DNA of 64,000 nucleotides from Polyangia bacterium (lineage in GTDB: Bacteria; Myxococcota_A; Polyangia; Fen-1088). Of the stretch, positions 34,860-42,418 are shown one piece after another (the first letter of the stretch is position 1; each line of letters begins with the position of its first letter). A program made the position numbers and the translations under genes. The stretch is taken from NCBI GenBank assembly GCA_035607055.1, contig DATNDC010000124.1:1708-65707 (forward strand), read 5' to 3'. A model generated the notes under the pieces. That model was not told the origin of the DNA. It saw only the letters and a program-made list of their open reading frames with translations, and did no database searches.

Positions 34860-35846
34860 ATGTGGGTGCGCCTTCGACCCTTCGCTTGCGCCGCCGCCCT
34901 CGTCGCCCTCTCGCTCGCGCCCCGGGACGCCGCTGCGTTCGTCCGCGAGATCAACACACCGCCACCGCCCGCGACGTCACAGCAACTCTACTGGTCGTCG
35001 AGCTGCGAGACGGTGAACATCTACCTGAACGGCTTCACCCAGATGACGCCCGACGAGGTGGCCAAGTCGATCGGCGCGGCGGCCGCCGCCTGGGGCCCCG
35101 ACCAGGTCACCTGCCCCACCGGCACGGGCGACGCCGGCAGCGGCCACCCGTCTTTCCAGATCATCCCGCAGTTCGCGACGGGGTCCGCGCCCACGCCCTG
35201 GCACGACGGTAACAACACGATCGTCTTCCAGACGGACCCCAACTCGACGGAGTTTCCGCCCGGCGCCCTGGCCTACACCCAGGTCTGGTGGCAGCCCAAC
35301 GGCAACATCATCGACGCGGACATCCAGATCAACGCCATCCCGGGTCCCGCCGGCATGCCGTACCTGCTGGCCAACCTCGATCCCGGCTCGCCGCCCGAAC
35401 AACACGATCAGCCTCGCATCGATCTGCAGACGCTGCTGACCCACGAGTTCGGTCACTTCCTCGGACTCGCGCACACCTGCGAGAGCACCGCCGACGACAA
35501 CGGCGATCAGCCTCCGGACGGCAGCAAAGACGACCAGGGGCAGCTCATTCCGACCTGCCTGCCGTACCCGGACAGCAGCGAGACCGTCCAGGCGGCGGCG
35601 GTGATGTGGTACCTCGTCCAGGCCGAAAGCCCCGGCACCGCCAAGCGTGTCATCACCACCGACGACGCGCGGGGCGTCTGCGCCATATATCCGCCCGCGC
35701 GCGTCGCGCCGGCCTGTGCGCAGAACGCCCCCGACGACGGCTGCGCCTGCGCGGCCTCCGGCGAAGGCTCGGGGTCGGCCCTGGCCGCCGCGCTCGCCGG
35801 GCTCGCGCTGGTGGCGGCGCGCCGCCGGCGGAACGCCAAGATCTAG
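34860..35846 (+). CDS. matrixin-like zinc metalloprotease (metzincin) with a MYXO-CTERM-type tail, paralogue
   Basis: The track ORF is trimmed to ATG 34860 (MWVRLRPFACAAALVALSLAP). Contains HEFGHFLGLAH, Met-turn candidate AVMWY, and C-terminal DDGCACAASGEGSGSALAAALAGLALVAARRRR. Confidence 0.8.
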   Translation: MWVRLRPFACAAALVALSLAPRDAAAFVREINTPPPPATSQQLYWSSSCETVNIYLNGFTQMTPDEVAKSIGAAAAAWGPDQVTCPTGTGDAGSGHPSFQIIPQFATGSAPTPWHDGNNTIVFQTDPNSTEFPPGALAYTQVWWQPNGNIIDADIQINAIPGPAGMPYLLANLDPGSPPEQHDQPRIDLQTLLTHEFGHFLGLAHTCESTADDNGDQPPDGSKDDQGQLIPTCLPYPDSSETVQAAAVMWYLVQAESPGTAKRVITTDDARGVCAIYPPARVAPACAQNAPDDGCACAASGEGSGSALAAALAGLALVAARRRRNAKI

Positions 35847-37957
35847 GTCGGATCGAGCTCGACGCGGAGGTCGCGCACCGACGGCTCGCCGAGACTTTCG
35901 CTGGGGGGGACGTCCAGCTCCTGGTTGGCGGCGTGGAATCCCGGCGCCGAGACGGTGAGCCGCCAGTGGCCGGGCGCGAGGCGCGGCAGGCGAAACGAGC
36001 CGGCGCGCTGGATCTCCGCGCTGGCCGTGGCGCCGTCGGGGCCCGAGGCCTCGACCCGGCCCCGCGTCACCACCGCCCCGGAGGCACGCGCGCGCGCCTC
36101 GCCGGTGATGCCGCCCGGAAACGGCACCGTCAGCGAGGCGAACTGACCGGGCGTCGCCGGCAGGGTGACGCGCGGGTAGTCGGGGTGCTGGATCTCGACC
36201 CGCAGCTCCCCGGCCGGCAGGTCGTTCAGCCGAAAGTGGCCGCCCACGTCGGCCGATCCGCTGCCGAGCGGCGCCTCCCCCGCTCCGCCCGGCGTGGCGT
36301 CGCGCGGCCAGACGAGCAGGCGGGCCCGCGCGAGCGGCCGCCCGCCCGTGTCGCGCACCAGTCCCTCCAGGACCGCCTCCGCCCGGCGCAGCCGCAGCTC
36401 CAGCGGTGGCGGCGCCGGCCCCGGCTGGGTCACCACCTCCGCGCGCGCCGGGCCGTGCCCCGGCGCGGTGGCCGTCAGCCGATAGTTGCCGGCCGGCAGC
36501 GCCAGCGAGAACGACCCCGATCCGTCCGTCAGCGCGTAGAGCTCCGCCGTCGACGGATCGCCGCCCGAGACGGTCACCCGCGCCCCCTCGACCGGGCCTC
36601 CGTCGTCGACGACCCGCCCGGCGACCGGGAAACCGTCGCGCAGCACGAGCGCCCCGAGGTCCCGCCGTTCGCCCGGCGCCAGCGCCAGCTCGCCGGTCTG
36701 CAACGGCTCGAGCCCCGCGTGAGCCACCTCGACCCGGTAGCGCCCGGGGATGAGGTCGTCGACCACGAACCGACCGTGGGCGTCGGCGATCGCGCTCCGG
36801 GTGCTGCCGAGCGCCCGCCCCGCCCCTGACGGCAGCGCCGCCGCTTCGGCGGCCAGCGGCAGCGGCCCGGTCTGCACCGTCAGATCGTCCATCGCGCTCG
36901 CCACGCAGCGGACGTGCGCGCCTCCGGCCGGCGCACCGCGCGCGTCGGTCACGCGCCCGAGGACGTGCGCGCCCCGCACGAGCTCGAGCCTGACCGGCGG
37001 CTTCTCCCCCCGCGTGTCGTCGACGGCCACCGCGCCGTCCTTGGTCGCCAAGGTCACGCGCGGCGCGCGGCGCAGGACGAACCCCGCGCGCGCGGCCGTG
37101 ATCCGGTAGCCGTCCGGGGGCAGCGGGCCGAGCACGAACCCGCCCCTCGGATCGGTGCGGGTCACGGCCGGCAACGGGTCGTCACCCGGCGCCAGGGCGG
37201 CGGAGTCGGCGCGGACCTCGGTCGCTCCCAGCCCCTCGCCGGAGTCCTGCACCAGGCGCCCCGCGATCGTCCCGGCCGGCCCGAGCAGCAACGGCGCGGC
37301 GAGCGTCGCGCCGTCCCGACTGGCGGCCACGCCGCGGACCGTCGGCGAGGCGAGCTCACCGGTCACCGCACGCAGCGCGTAGGTTCCCTCGCCGAGCCCG
37401 CTGAAGGCGAAGCGGCCTTCCGCCCGGGTCACCGTCTCGCGGACCGGCCCGCCGGCCTCGGCGCCGAGCAGCACGCGCGCGCCGGCCTCCGGCTTTCCCC
37501 CCCGCTCGACCCGGCCGGCGATCGATCGCCCCTCGCCGGCCACGCGCAAGGTGACGTCCGCCGCCGGTACGCTGACCGGCGAGGCCTCGGCCGCGGAAAA
37601 CCCCGCCGCCTCGACCAGAACCCGGTAGGCCCCGGCGGTCAGGTGGTCGATCGCGAAGCGCCCCTCGAGGTCGGCCGTGGCATGGCCGGGCTCGCCCCGG
37701 CCGGTGCCTCCGTCGGCGATCGGGAAGGCCAGCACGCGGGCGTCGGGGACCGGGTGGGCGCGGCCGTCGAGCACGCGACCTTCCAGCCGGGCGGTGGCCG
37801 GCAGCGCGGCGGGGACCTTCGGCTGGGGCCCGGCGCCGCCGTGGTGCCGCCGGCAACCGCCGCTGCCCACCGGCAGGAGCGCCGCCAGCGTGAACAAGGT
37901 GAGGAGTGTGGACAGCCTGAGCTGTCGCGCGGCACGGCGCGCGCTTGCGAATTCCAT
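35843..37957 (-). CDS. lipoprotein with about seven tandem CarboxypepD_reg-like (beta-sandwich) domains
   Basis: 704 aa with lipobox PVGSGGC. Seven units of about 85-110 aa share the pattern GRV.D..G.P..GArV......TD..GrF....L..G.YR(L/V). Its stop overlaps the convergent protease stop in a shared CTAG (35843-35846). Confidence 0.75.
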   Translation of the reverse strand: MEFASARRAARQLRLSTLLTLFTLAALLPVGSGGCRRHHGGAGPQPKVPAALPATARLEGRVLDGRAHPVPDARVLAFPIADGGTGRGEPGHATADLEGRFAIDHLTAGAYRVLVEAAGFSAAEASPVSVPAADVTLRVAGEGRSIAGRVERGGKPEAGARVLLGAEAGGPVRETVTRAEGRFAFSGLGEGTYALRAVTGELASPTVRGVAASRDGATLAAPLLLGPAGTIAGRLVQDSGEGLGATEVRADSAALAPGDDPLPAVTRTDPRGGFVLGPLPPDGYRITAARAGFVLRRAPRVTLATKDGAVAVDDTRGEKPPVRLELVRGAHVLGRVTDARGAPAGGAHVRCVASAMDDLTVQTGPLPLAAEAAALPSGAGRALGSTRSAIADAHGRFVVDDLIPGRYRVEVAHAGLEPLQTGELALAPGERRDLGALVLRDGFPVAGRVVDDGGPVEGARVTVSGGDPSTAELYALTDGSGSFSLALPAGNYRLTATAPGHGPARAEVVTQPGPAPPPLELRLRRAEAVLEGLVRDTGGRPLARARLLVWPRDATPGGAGEAPLGSGSADVGGHFRLNDLPAGELRVEIQHPDYPRVTLPATPGQFASLTVPFPGGITGEARARASGAVVTRGRVEASGPDGATASAEIQRAGSFRLPRLAPGHWRLTVSAPGFHAANQELDVPPSESLGEPSVRDLRVELDPT

Positions 37958-37998
37958 CGGCCAGTGCTAAAGGTACGCGCCTTCCGGAGGGATTTGAA

Positions 37999-38190
37999 AT
38001 GGCAGCGCAATGCGAAGTCTGCAGCAAGCAGCGTCGGGTGGCCAACAACGTGAGCCACTCGAACATCAAGACCAAGAGCATCCAGCGCCCCAACCTGCGC
38101 CGCGTGCACACCCGGCTCGCGAACGGGACCCACACCCACGTCCGCGTCTGCGCCCGCTGCCTCCGCTCGGGCTTCGTCACCAAGGCCTGA
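37999..38190 (+). CDS. rpmB: 50S ribosomal protein L28 (four-Cys form)
   Basis: The track ORF is trimmed to ATG 37999: MAAQCEVCSKQRRVANNVSHSNIKTKSIQRPNLRRV...VRVCARCLRSG. Contains CxxC...CxxC. Confidence 0.9.
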   Translation: MAAQCEVCSKQRRVANNVSHSNIKTKSIQRPNLRRVHTRLANGTHTHVRVCARCLRSGFVTKA

Positions 38191-38221
38191 CGCCCGGGCC
38201 CGCCGGGCTCGACCCGCCTCG

Positions 38222-39457
38222 CTACGGCGTGGTGACGCTCGGATCCTGACAGACGAGCTGGAGCTGGATCGACAGGCAGCTCTGGAAGTTGCTGATCGTC
38301 AGCTCGCCCGCCGCGAGCGCGTCCGCGCTGATCGTCTGCTGATACGAGCAGGCGATCTGCCCCAGCGTGCCGCAGTTGTTCGGGTTGACGCAGTCCTCGT
38401 CGCCCACCCAGATCCGCCAGGCCGGCTTGCTGGCCATGAGCGCCTGGGCGCTGACCGTCACCCCCTGCGGCGTGATCGTCTGGTCCCAGGTGGCGGTGAA
38501 GACGTCGGTGACCGTGGAGGTCACGCCGGCCGTCGTGGGGCTGACGTCGTTGGCCGGGTTCTCGTACTCGCAAAAGAGATCGGGCGCCGTGCCCCCCTCG
38601 TCTCCTTTGACCGGATCCCACGTGCCGCCGCCGGGCGCCGTCATGTTGACCGTGGCCGACTGGGCGACGATCGTCCACTGCGAGCTCGGATTGATCGCGC
38701 AGGCTCCGTTGCCGCACATCTGACAGCCGCCACAGGCGACGCAGGCGGCGCCGTTGTTCCCGCACTGCCGGGCGCTGGTGCTGTGGATGCACTGTCCGGT
38801 GGAGCTGCAGCAGCCGCTGCAGTTCCCGGGGCCGCACGGCGGCGGGCTGATTCCGCCCGTCCCCGTGACGCCGCCGGTGCCCCGGATACCGCCCGTACCG
38901 ATCACGCCGCCCGTGCCCAGAATGCCGCCCGTCCCGATCGCGCCGCCCGTGGCGGTGGTCCCGCCGGCGCCCGTCACGCCGCCGGTCCCGGTCGTTCCAC
39001 CGGTGGCCATGATCGTCCCGCCGGTCCCGATCGTCCCGCCGGTGTCGGTCATTCCGCCGGTCCCCATCGCGCCGCCGGTCGCCGGCGCTCCGCCCGTCCC
39101 GGTCGCCCCGCCGCTCGCCGTGGCCCCCCCGGTCCCCGTCGTCCCGCCGCCGCCGGCCCCGCCCGTACCGGTCGTTCCCGTCGTGCCCCCGGAGGCGATC
39201 GTGCCGCCGCTCCCAGGCGTTCCCCCGGAGGCCGCGCCGCCGCCGCTGCCGGTCGTGCCCCCGCTCCCGGTGTTCGCCATGTTCCCGCCGCTGCCGACCC
39301 CGAGCCCGCCGTCCGGGCGCTGGAGCTTCACGTTCGTCTCGGCCAGACCGGTGTTGTCCACGCTGCAGCCGAGCGCAAACGCCAGCGCCAAGGCCAGCCC
39401 CCCGACCGAGCGCGCGCCCCAGGCGGCGGCCACGCGCGAAGCAAAGACACTTCGCAT
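38222..39457 (-). CDS. lipoprotein with a Gly/Thr-rich (T/A)GTGG repeat region, a Cys-rich segment and a C-terminal globular domain
   Basis: 411 aa with lipobox LAFALGC. Residues about 49-203 are almost entirely xGTGG/xGSGG repeats. Residues about 208-253 are CGPGNCSGCCSSTGQCIHSTSARQCGNNGAACVACGGCQMCGNGAC. A Cys-containing domain of about 155 aa follows. Confidence 0.7.
   Translation of the reverse strand: MRSVFASRVAAAWGARSVGGLALALAFALGCSVDNTGLAETNVKLQRPDGGLGVGSGGNMANTGSGGTTGSGGGAASGGTPGSGGTIASGGTTGTTGTGGAGGGGTTGTGGATASGGATGTGGAPATGGAMGTGGMTDTGGTIGTGGTIMATGGTTGTGGVTGAGGTTATGGAIGTGGILGTGGVIGTGGIRGTGGVTGTGGISPPPCGPGNCSGCCSSTGQCIHSTSARQCGNNGAACVACGGCQMCGNGACAINPSSQWTIVAQSATVNMTAPGGGTWDPVKGDEGGTAPDLFCEYENPANDVSPTTAGVTSTVTDVFTATWDQTITPQGVTVSAQALMASKPAWRIWVGDEDCVNPNNCGTLGQIACSYQQTISADALAAGELTISNFQSCLSIQLQLVCQDPSVTTP
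38849..39313 (-). repeat. low-complexity coding repeat (GGN-ACN-GGN-GGN periodicity) encoding the GTGG tract
   Basis: The DNA shows reiterated ccgcc(g/c)gt(g/c)cc units. The complementary frame reads as a PPVP-repeat shadow ORF (38754..39461 +). Confidence 0.7.
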
Positions 39458-39482
39458 GTGACCATCGTATCTCCGTCGTCAG

Positions 39483-41633
39483 TCAGAGGAAAGCGCAAAC
39501 GGCCAGGCCGGCCAGGCGCGCCATCCAGGCCGCGCTCAGGCGGCCGGTGATGGCGCGCGCCGCGGTCGCCGCCACCGCGAGCGCCAGCGCGAGGCGGGTG
39601 AGCGGCGCCGTCGTGACGGCGAGCGCCACCACGGCCAGCGCGCCCGTGAGGAGCGCCGCCATCGCGCGCCCTCGCCAGCGGGCGGCCGTCGGTGACGCCA
39701 GGTCCTCTTCCAGCGCGCGCTCGACGAGCCCGCGGAAGATGGCCTCTTCGAACAGCAAGAAGACGGCCGCCGTCAACCAGGCCGGCAGATCCGCCCGGAG
39801 CGGCGCGCTCGCCGCGCCACCCCCACCGAGGCCGGCGACCGCCCCCAGCAGCACGCCGATGGCCGCCGAGACCGGCAGCGCCCGCCGCCCCGGGACGACG
39901 GGCGCACGACGCGTCAGCGCCAGCGCCACCAGCCCCATCAGGACCACCCAGACGAGCGCGGCGCCCCTCGACCGTTCGCCCGTCAGGCCGGGCGCCTGGG
40001 CGAGCCCGCGCGCGCCGAGGGCGTAGATCAGCAGGACCGTCGCCGCCTCGGCCGACCGCAGGCGCGGCCTGCCGACCGCCTCGGCGTCGAGGCAGATCTC
40101 CGCGCGTGCCACCCCCGCGCCCCAGTGCGCCGCGATGGCGTAAAGATAGAGCGCCAGGCCCGCCACCCGCGTCCGCGGATCGCCGACCAGGACCAGGTTG
40201 TAGAGGCCGCCCACCAGGAGGAACGAATAGATCGTCGCCGGGCCGACGGCGGTGCTCTGCTCGTCCGAGAGGTCGGCGCCGCCGGCGGCCATGGCGATCG
40301 CCAGGAAGCTGATCGCCACCGCGCCGCCCACCACCAGGAGGCCGGCCACGACCACGCTCGCGAGCGGCGCCGTCGGCATCACCAGCGCCAGCGGGACGAA
40401 GGCGAACGCCGCCGCGCCGCCGACGATGACCGCCCAGGCGCGCGCCTTGCCGGCGAACAGCGTACCGAGCGACACCGGAACGGTGCGGAGGATCCAGAAC
40501 GCGCGCCGCTCGGCTTGCATGTGCGTGAGCGGGCCGATGGTCGCCATGTAGAGGGCCAGCGAATAGGCGAGACACGAGACGCGGCCCAGGCTGGCGGTCG
40601 ACCAGGTCCAGCCGGCGGACCCGAAGATCTGGATGCCGACGAAGATGGCCGGCATCGCGATGAGGACCAGGACCTGCCCGCGATCGCGGGTGATGAGGCG
40701 CAGGTCCTTCGTCGCGGCGGTGACGGGACGCGCGCGATGTGTGGGAGCAGGCGCCGCCTCGGCCCAGGGCGCCCCCGCCTCTTCCCAGCCTGCCATCCCG
40801 GCGCGGCGCGCGACGGCCGCCGCGACGAACAGGGCCGCGGCGGCGATCAGCCAGAGCAGCCCGAGCCCCGCGAGCGCCGCGACCCCGTCGCCACGAAGGA
40901 GCGCGGCCAGCGGCAAGACGATGAGGGCGCCTGGCGTCCGGTTGGCCCATTCGGCCACCGCGGTCAATGTCCCCGCCAGCGAGGCCGGCGCCCGCAACAC
41001 CCAGGTCCCGATCATCCAGACGGCCGCCAGCGCCAGGGCGGCCAGGAGGCGCAACGCCATCCAGATGCCGCGCCGGCGGGCCGGGGCCACGGCCCGCACG
41101 ACGCAGAGCTGCGTCGCGTAGGCGAGCATCGAGATCGTGACCTGCACCGCCGAGGAGATCGCCGCGGCCAGCAGCAGCGCCGCGGGCGGCAGGCGCCAGA
41201 CCAGCGACGCGGAGACGAGCACCGGCAGGAGAAAGAGCGCCCCCATCGGATCGGTCACCGCGTCGGCCAGCCCGCGCGCGGCGACCAGCGCGGGCAACGA
41301 CACGGGGCGGGCGAGCAGGAACTCGTTCTCCGAGGTGCCGGCGCGGACGGCTTCGCTGCTGGCGGCCTTGGCGGTCAGGCTGCCGAAGGAGAGCGCGCCC
41401 GTCACCAGAGCCAGCGCGGCCGCCTGCGCGGGCAGCGCCGAGGCGGCGACGATCGCGGCAAAGGCCTGCGAGAAAAGCAGGACGTACGCCAGCGCGATGA
41501 TCAGGCCCGCGATGGTGATCAGCAACGGCGCGCGCCGGCCGCGGGCGCGCAGGCCGTTGCGGAACGATCGCAGCCGGGCTCGGATCATCAGCCCGGCCAA
41601 CGTCCCGGTGTCGATCGCCGCGCCGCCGGTCAT
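39483..41633 (-). CDS. polytopic membrane protein: putative ABC-exporter permease-like N-terminal region fused to a CPBP-like C-terminal region
   Basis: The track ORF is trimmed to ATG 41633 (ATGA overlap with the ABC ATPase stop). The N-terminus IRARLRSFRNGLRARGRRAPLLITIAGLIIALAYV is typical of putative ABC exporter proteins. There are many TM segments. The motif LLFEEAIFRGLV (EExxxR) lies near the C-terminus, but the His motifs of CPBP proteases are not evident. Confidence 0.7.
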   Translation of the reverse strand: MTGGAAIDTGTLAGLMIRARLRSFRNGLRARGRRAPLLITIAGLIIALAYVLLFSQAFAAIVAASALPAQAAALALVTGALSFGSLTAKAASSEAVRAGTSENEFLLARPVSLPALVAARGLADAVTDPMGALFLLPVLVSASLVWRLPPAALLLAAAISSAVQVTISMLAYATQLCVVRAVAPARRRGIWMALRLLAALALAAVWMIGTWVLRAPASLAGTLTAVAEWANRTPGALIVLPLAALLRGDGVAALAGLGLLWLIAAAALFVAAAVARRAGMAGWEEAGAPWAEAAPAPTHRARPVTAATKDLRLITRDRGQVLVLIAMPAIFVGIQIFGSAGWTWSTASLGRVSCLAYSLALYMATIGPLTHMQAERRAFWILRTVPVSLGTLFAGKARAWAVIVGGAAAFAFVPLALVMPTAPLASVVVAGLLVVGGAVAISFLAIAMAAGGADLSDEQSTAVGPATIYSFLLVGGLYNLVLVGDPRTRVAGLALYLYAIAAHWGAGVARAEICLDAEAVGRPRLRSAEAATVLLIYALGARGLAQAPGLTGERSRGAALVWVVLMGLVALALTRRAPVVPGRRALPVSAAIGVLLGAVAGLGGGGAASAPLRADLPAWLTAAVFLLFEEAIFRGLVERALEEDLASPTAARWRGRAMAALLTGALAVVALAVTTAPLTRLALALAVAATAARAITGRLSAAWMARLAGLAVCAFL

Positions 41634-42418
41634 CGATCGTGGTCGCGGTCTTCGACCCGGCCCGCCGGCGGAGGCGCCGCCCCCGCCGGAGCGTCGCCGG
41701 CGGTGACGCGCAGGAAGAGATCCTCGAGCGTCGTCCCCGGGGCGGCGCCGAAGTGGGCGCGCAGCTCGTCGGGCGCCCCGATCGCCTGCAGCCGGCCCTT
41801 CTGGATGATGGCCACCCGGTGGCAAAGCCGCTCGGCGGCGTCGAGCAGATGCGTGGAGAGGAAGATCGTCCGCCCGCCGGCGGCGTATTCGGCGATGGCG
41901 GCGCGCATCTGGCGGGCGCCCGCCGGATCGAGCCCGTTGGTCGGCTCGTCGAGGATGAGGACCTTCGGCTCGTGGATGAGCGCCAGCGCCAGCGCCAGCC
42001 GCTTCTTCATCCCCAGCGAGTAGGTCACCGTGTAGGCGCCCGCTGCCGGGCCGAGGCCCAGGCGCTCCGCGATGGCGCCGGCGCGTCGGCGCCCCTCGGC
42101 GGCGGCGATCCCGTGCAGACCGCCCACGAGCTCGAGCGTCTCGAGCCCGGTCAGATAGGGATAGAGAAACGGCTCGTCGGGCAGATACCCGACCTCGCGC
42201 TTGAGCGCGACCGCGTCAGCGTGGCAGTCACGCCCGAGGATCGAGGCCCGGCCGCCGCTCGGGCGCAAGAGCCCCATGAGCAGCCGGATGGTGGTGGTCT
42301 TCCCCGAGCCGTTGGGGCCGAGAAAGCCGACCACCTCGCCCCCCTCGATGCGCAGCGACAGCTCGTCGACGGCCAGCGTGTCGCCGAATCGCTTGGAGAG
42401 GCCGGTCGTCTCGATCAC
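41630..42418 (-). CDS. ABC transporter ATP-binding protein
   Basis: 263 aa with GTG start 42418 (GTGA overlap with the upstream stop). Walker [11 protein letters not shown], signature YSLGMKKRLALA, Walker B VLILDEPTNGLD. Confidence 0.9.
   Translation of the reverse strand: MIETTGLSKRFGDTLAVDELSLRIEGGEVVGFLGPNGSGKTTTIRLLMGLLRPSGGRASILGRDCHADAVALKREVGYLPDEPFLYPYLTGLETLELVGGLHGIAAAEGRRRAGAIAERLGLGPAAGAYTVTYSLGMKKRLALALALIHEPKVLILDEPTNGLDPAGARQMRAAIAEYAAGGRTIFLSTHLLDAAERLCHRVAIIQKGRLQAIGAPDELRAHFGAAPGTTLEDLFLRVTAGDAPAGAAPPPAGRVEDRDHDR

Noticed and set aside
38754-39461. Plus-strand ORF encoding PPVP/VPPV repeats (235 aa).
   Set aside because: It is the complementary reading of the GTGG repeat. 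The minus-strand frame has a start, a signal peptide and lipobox, and a non-repetitive Cys-rich and globular C-terminus, whereas the plus-strand frame is repeat only.
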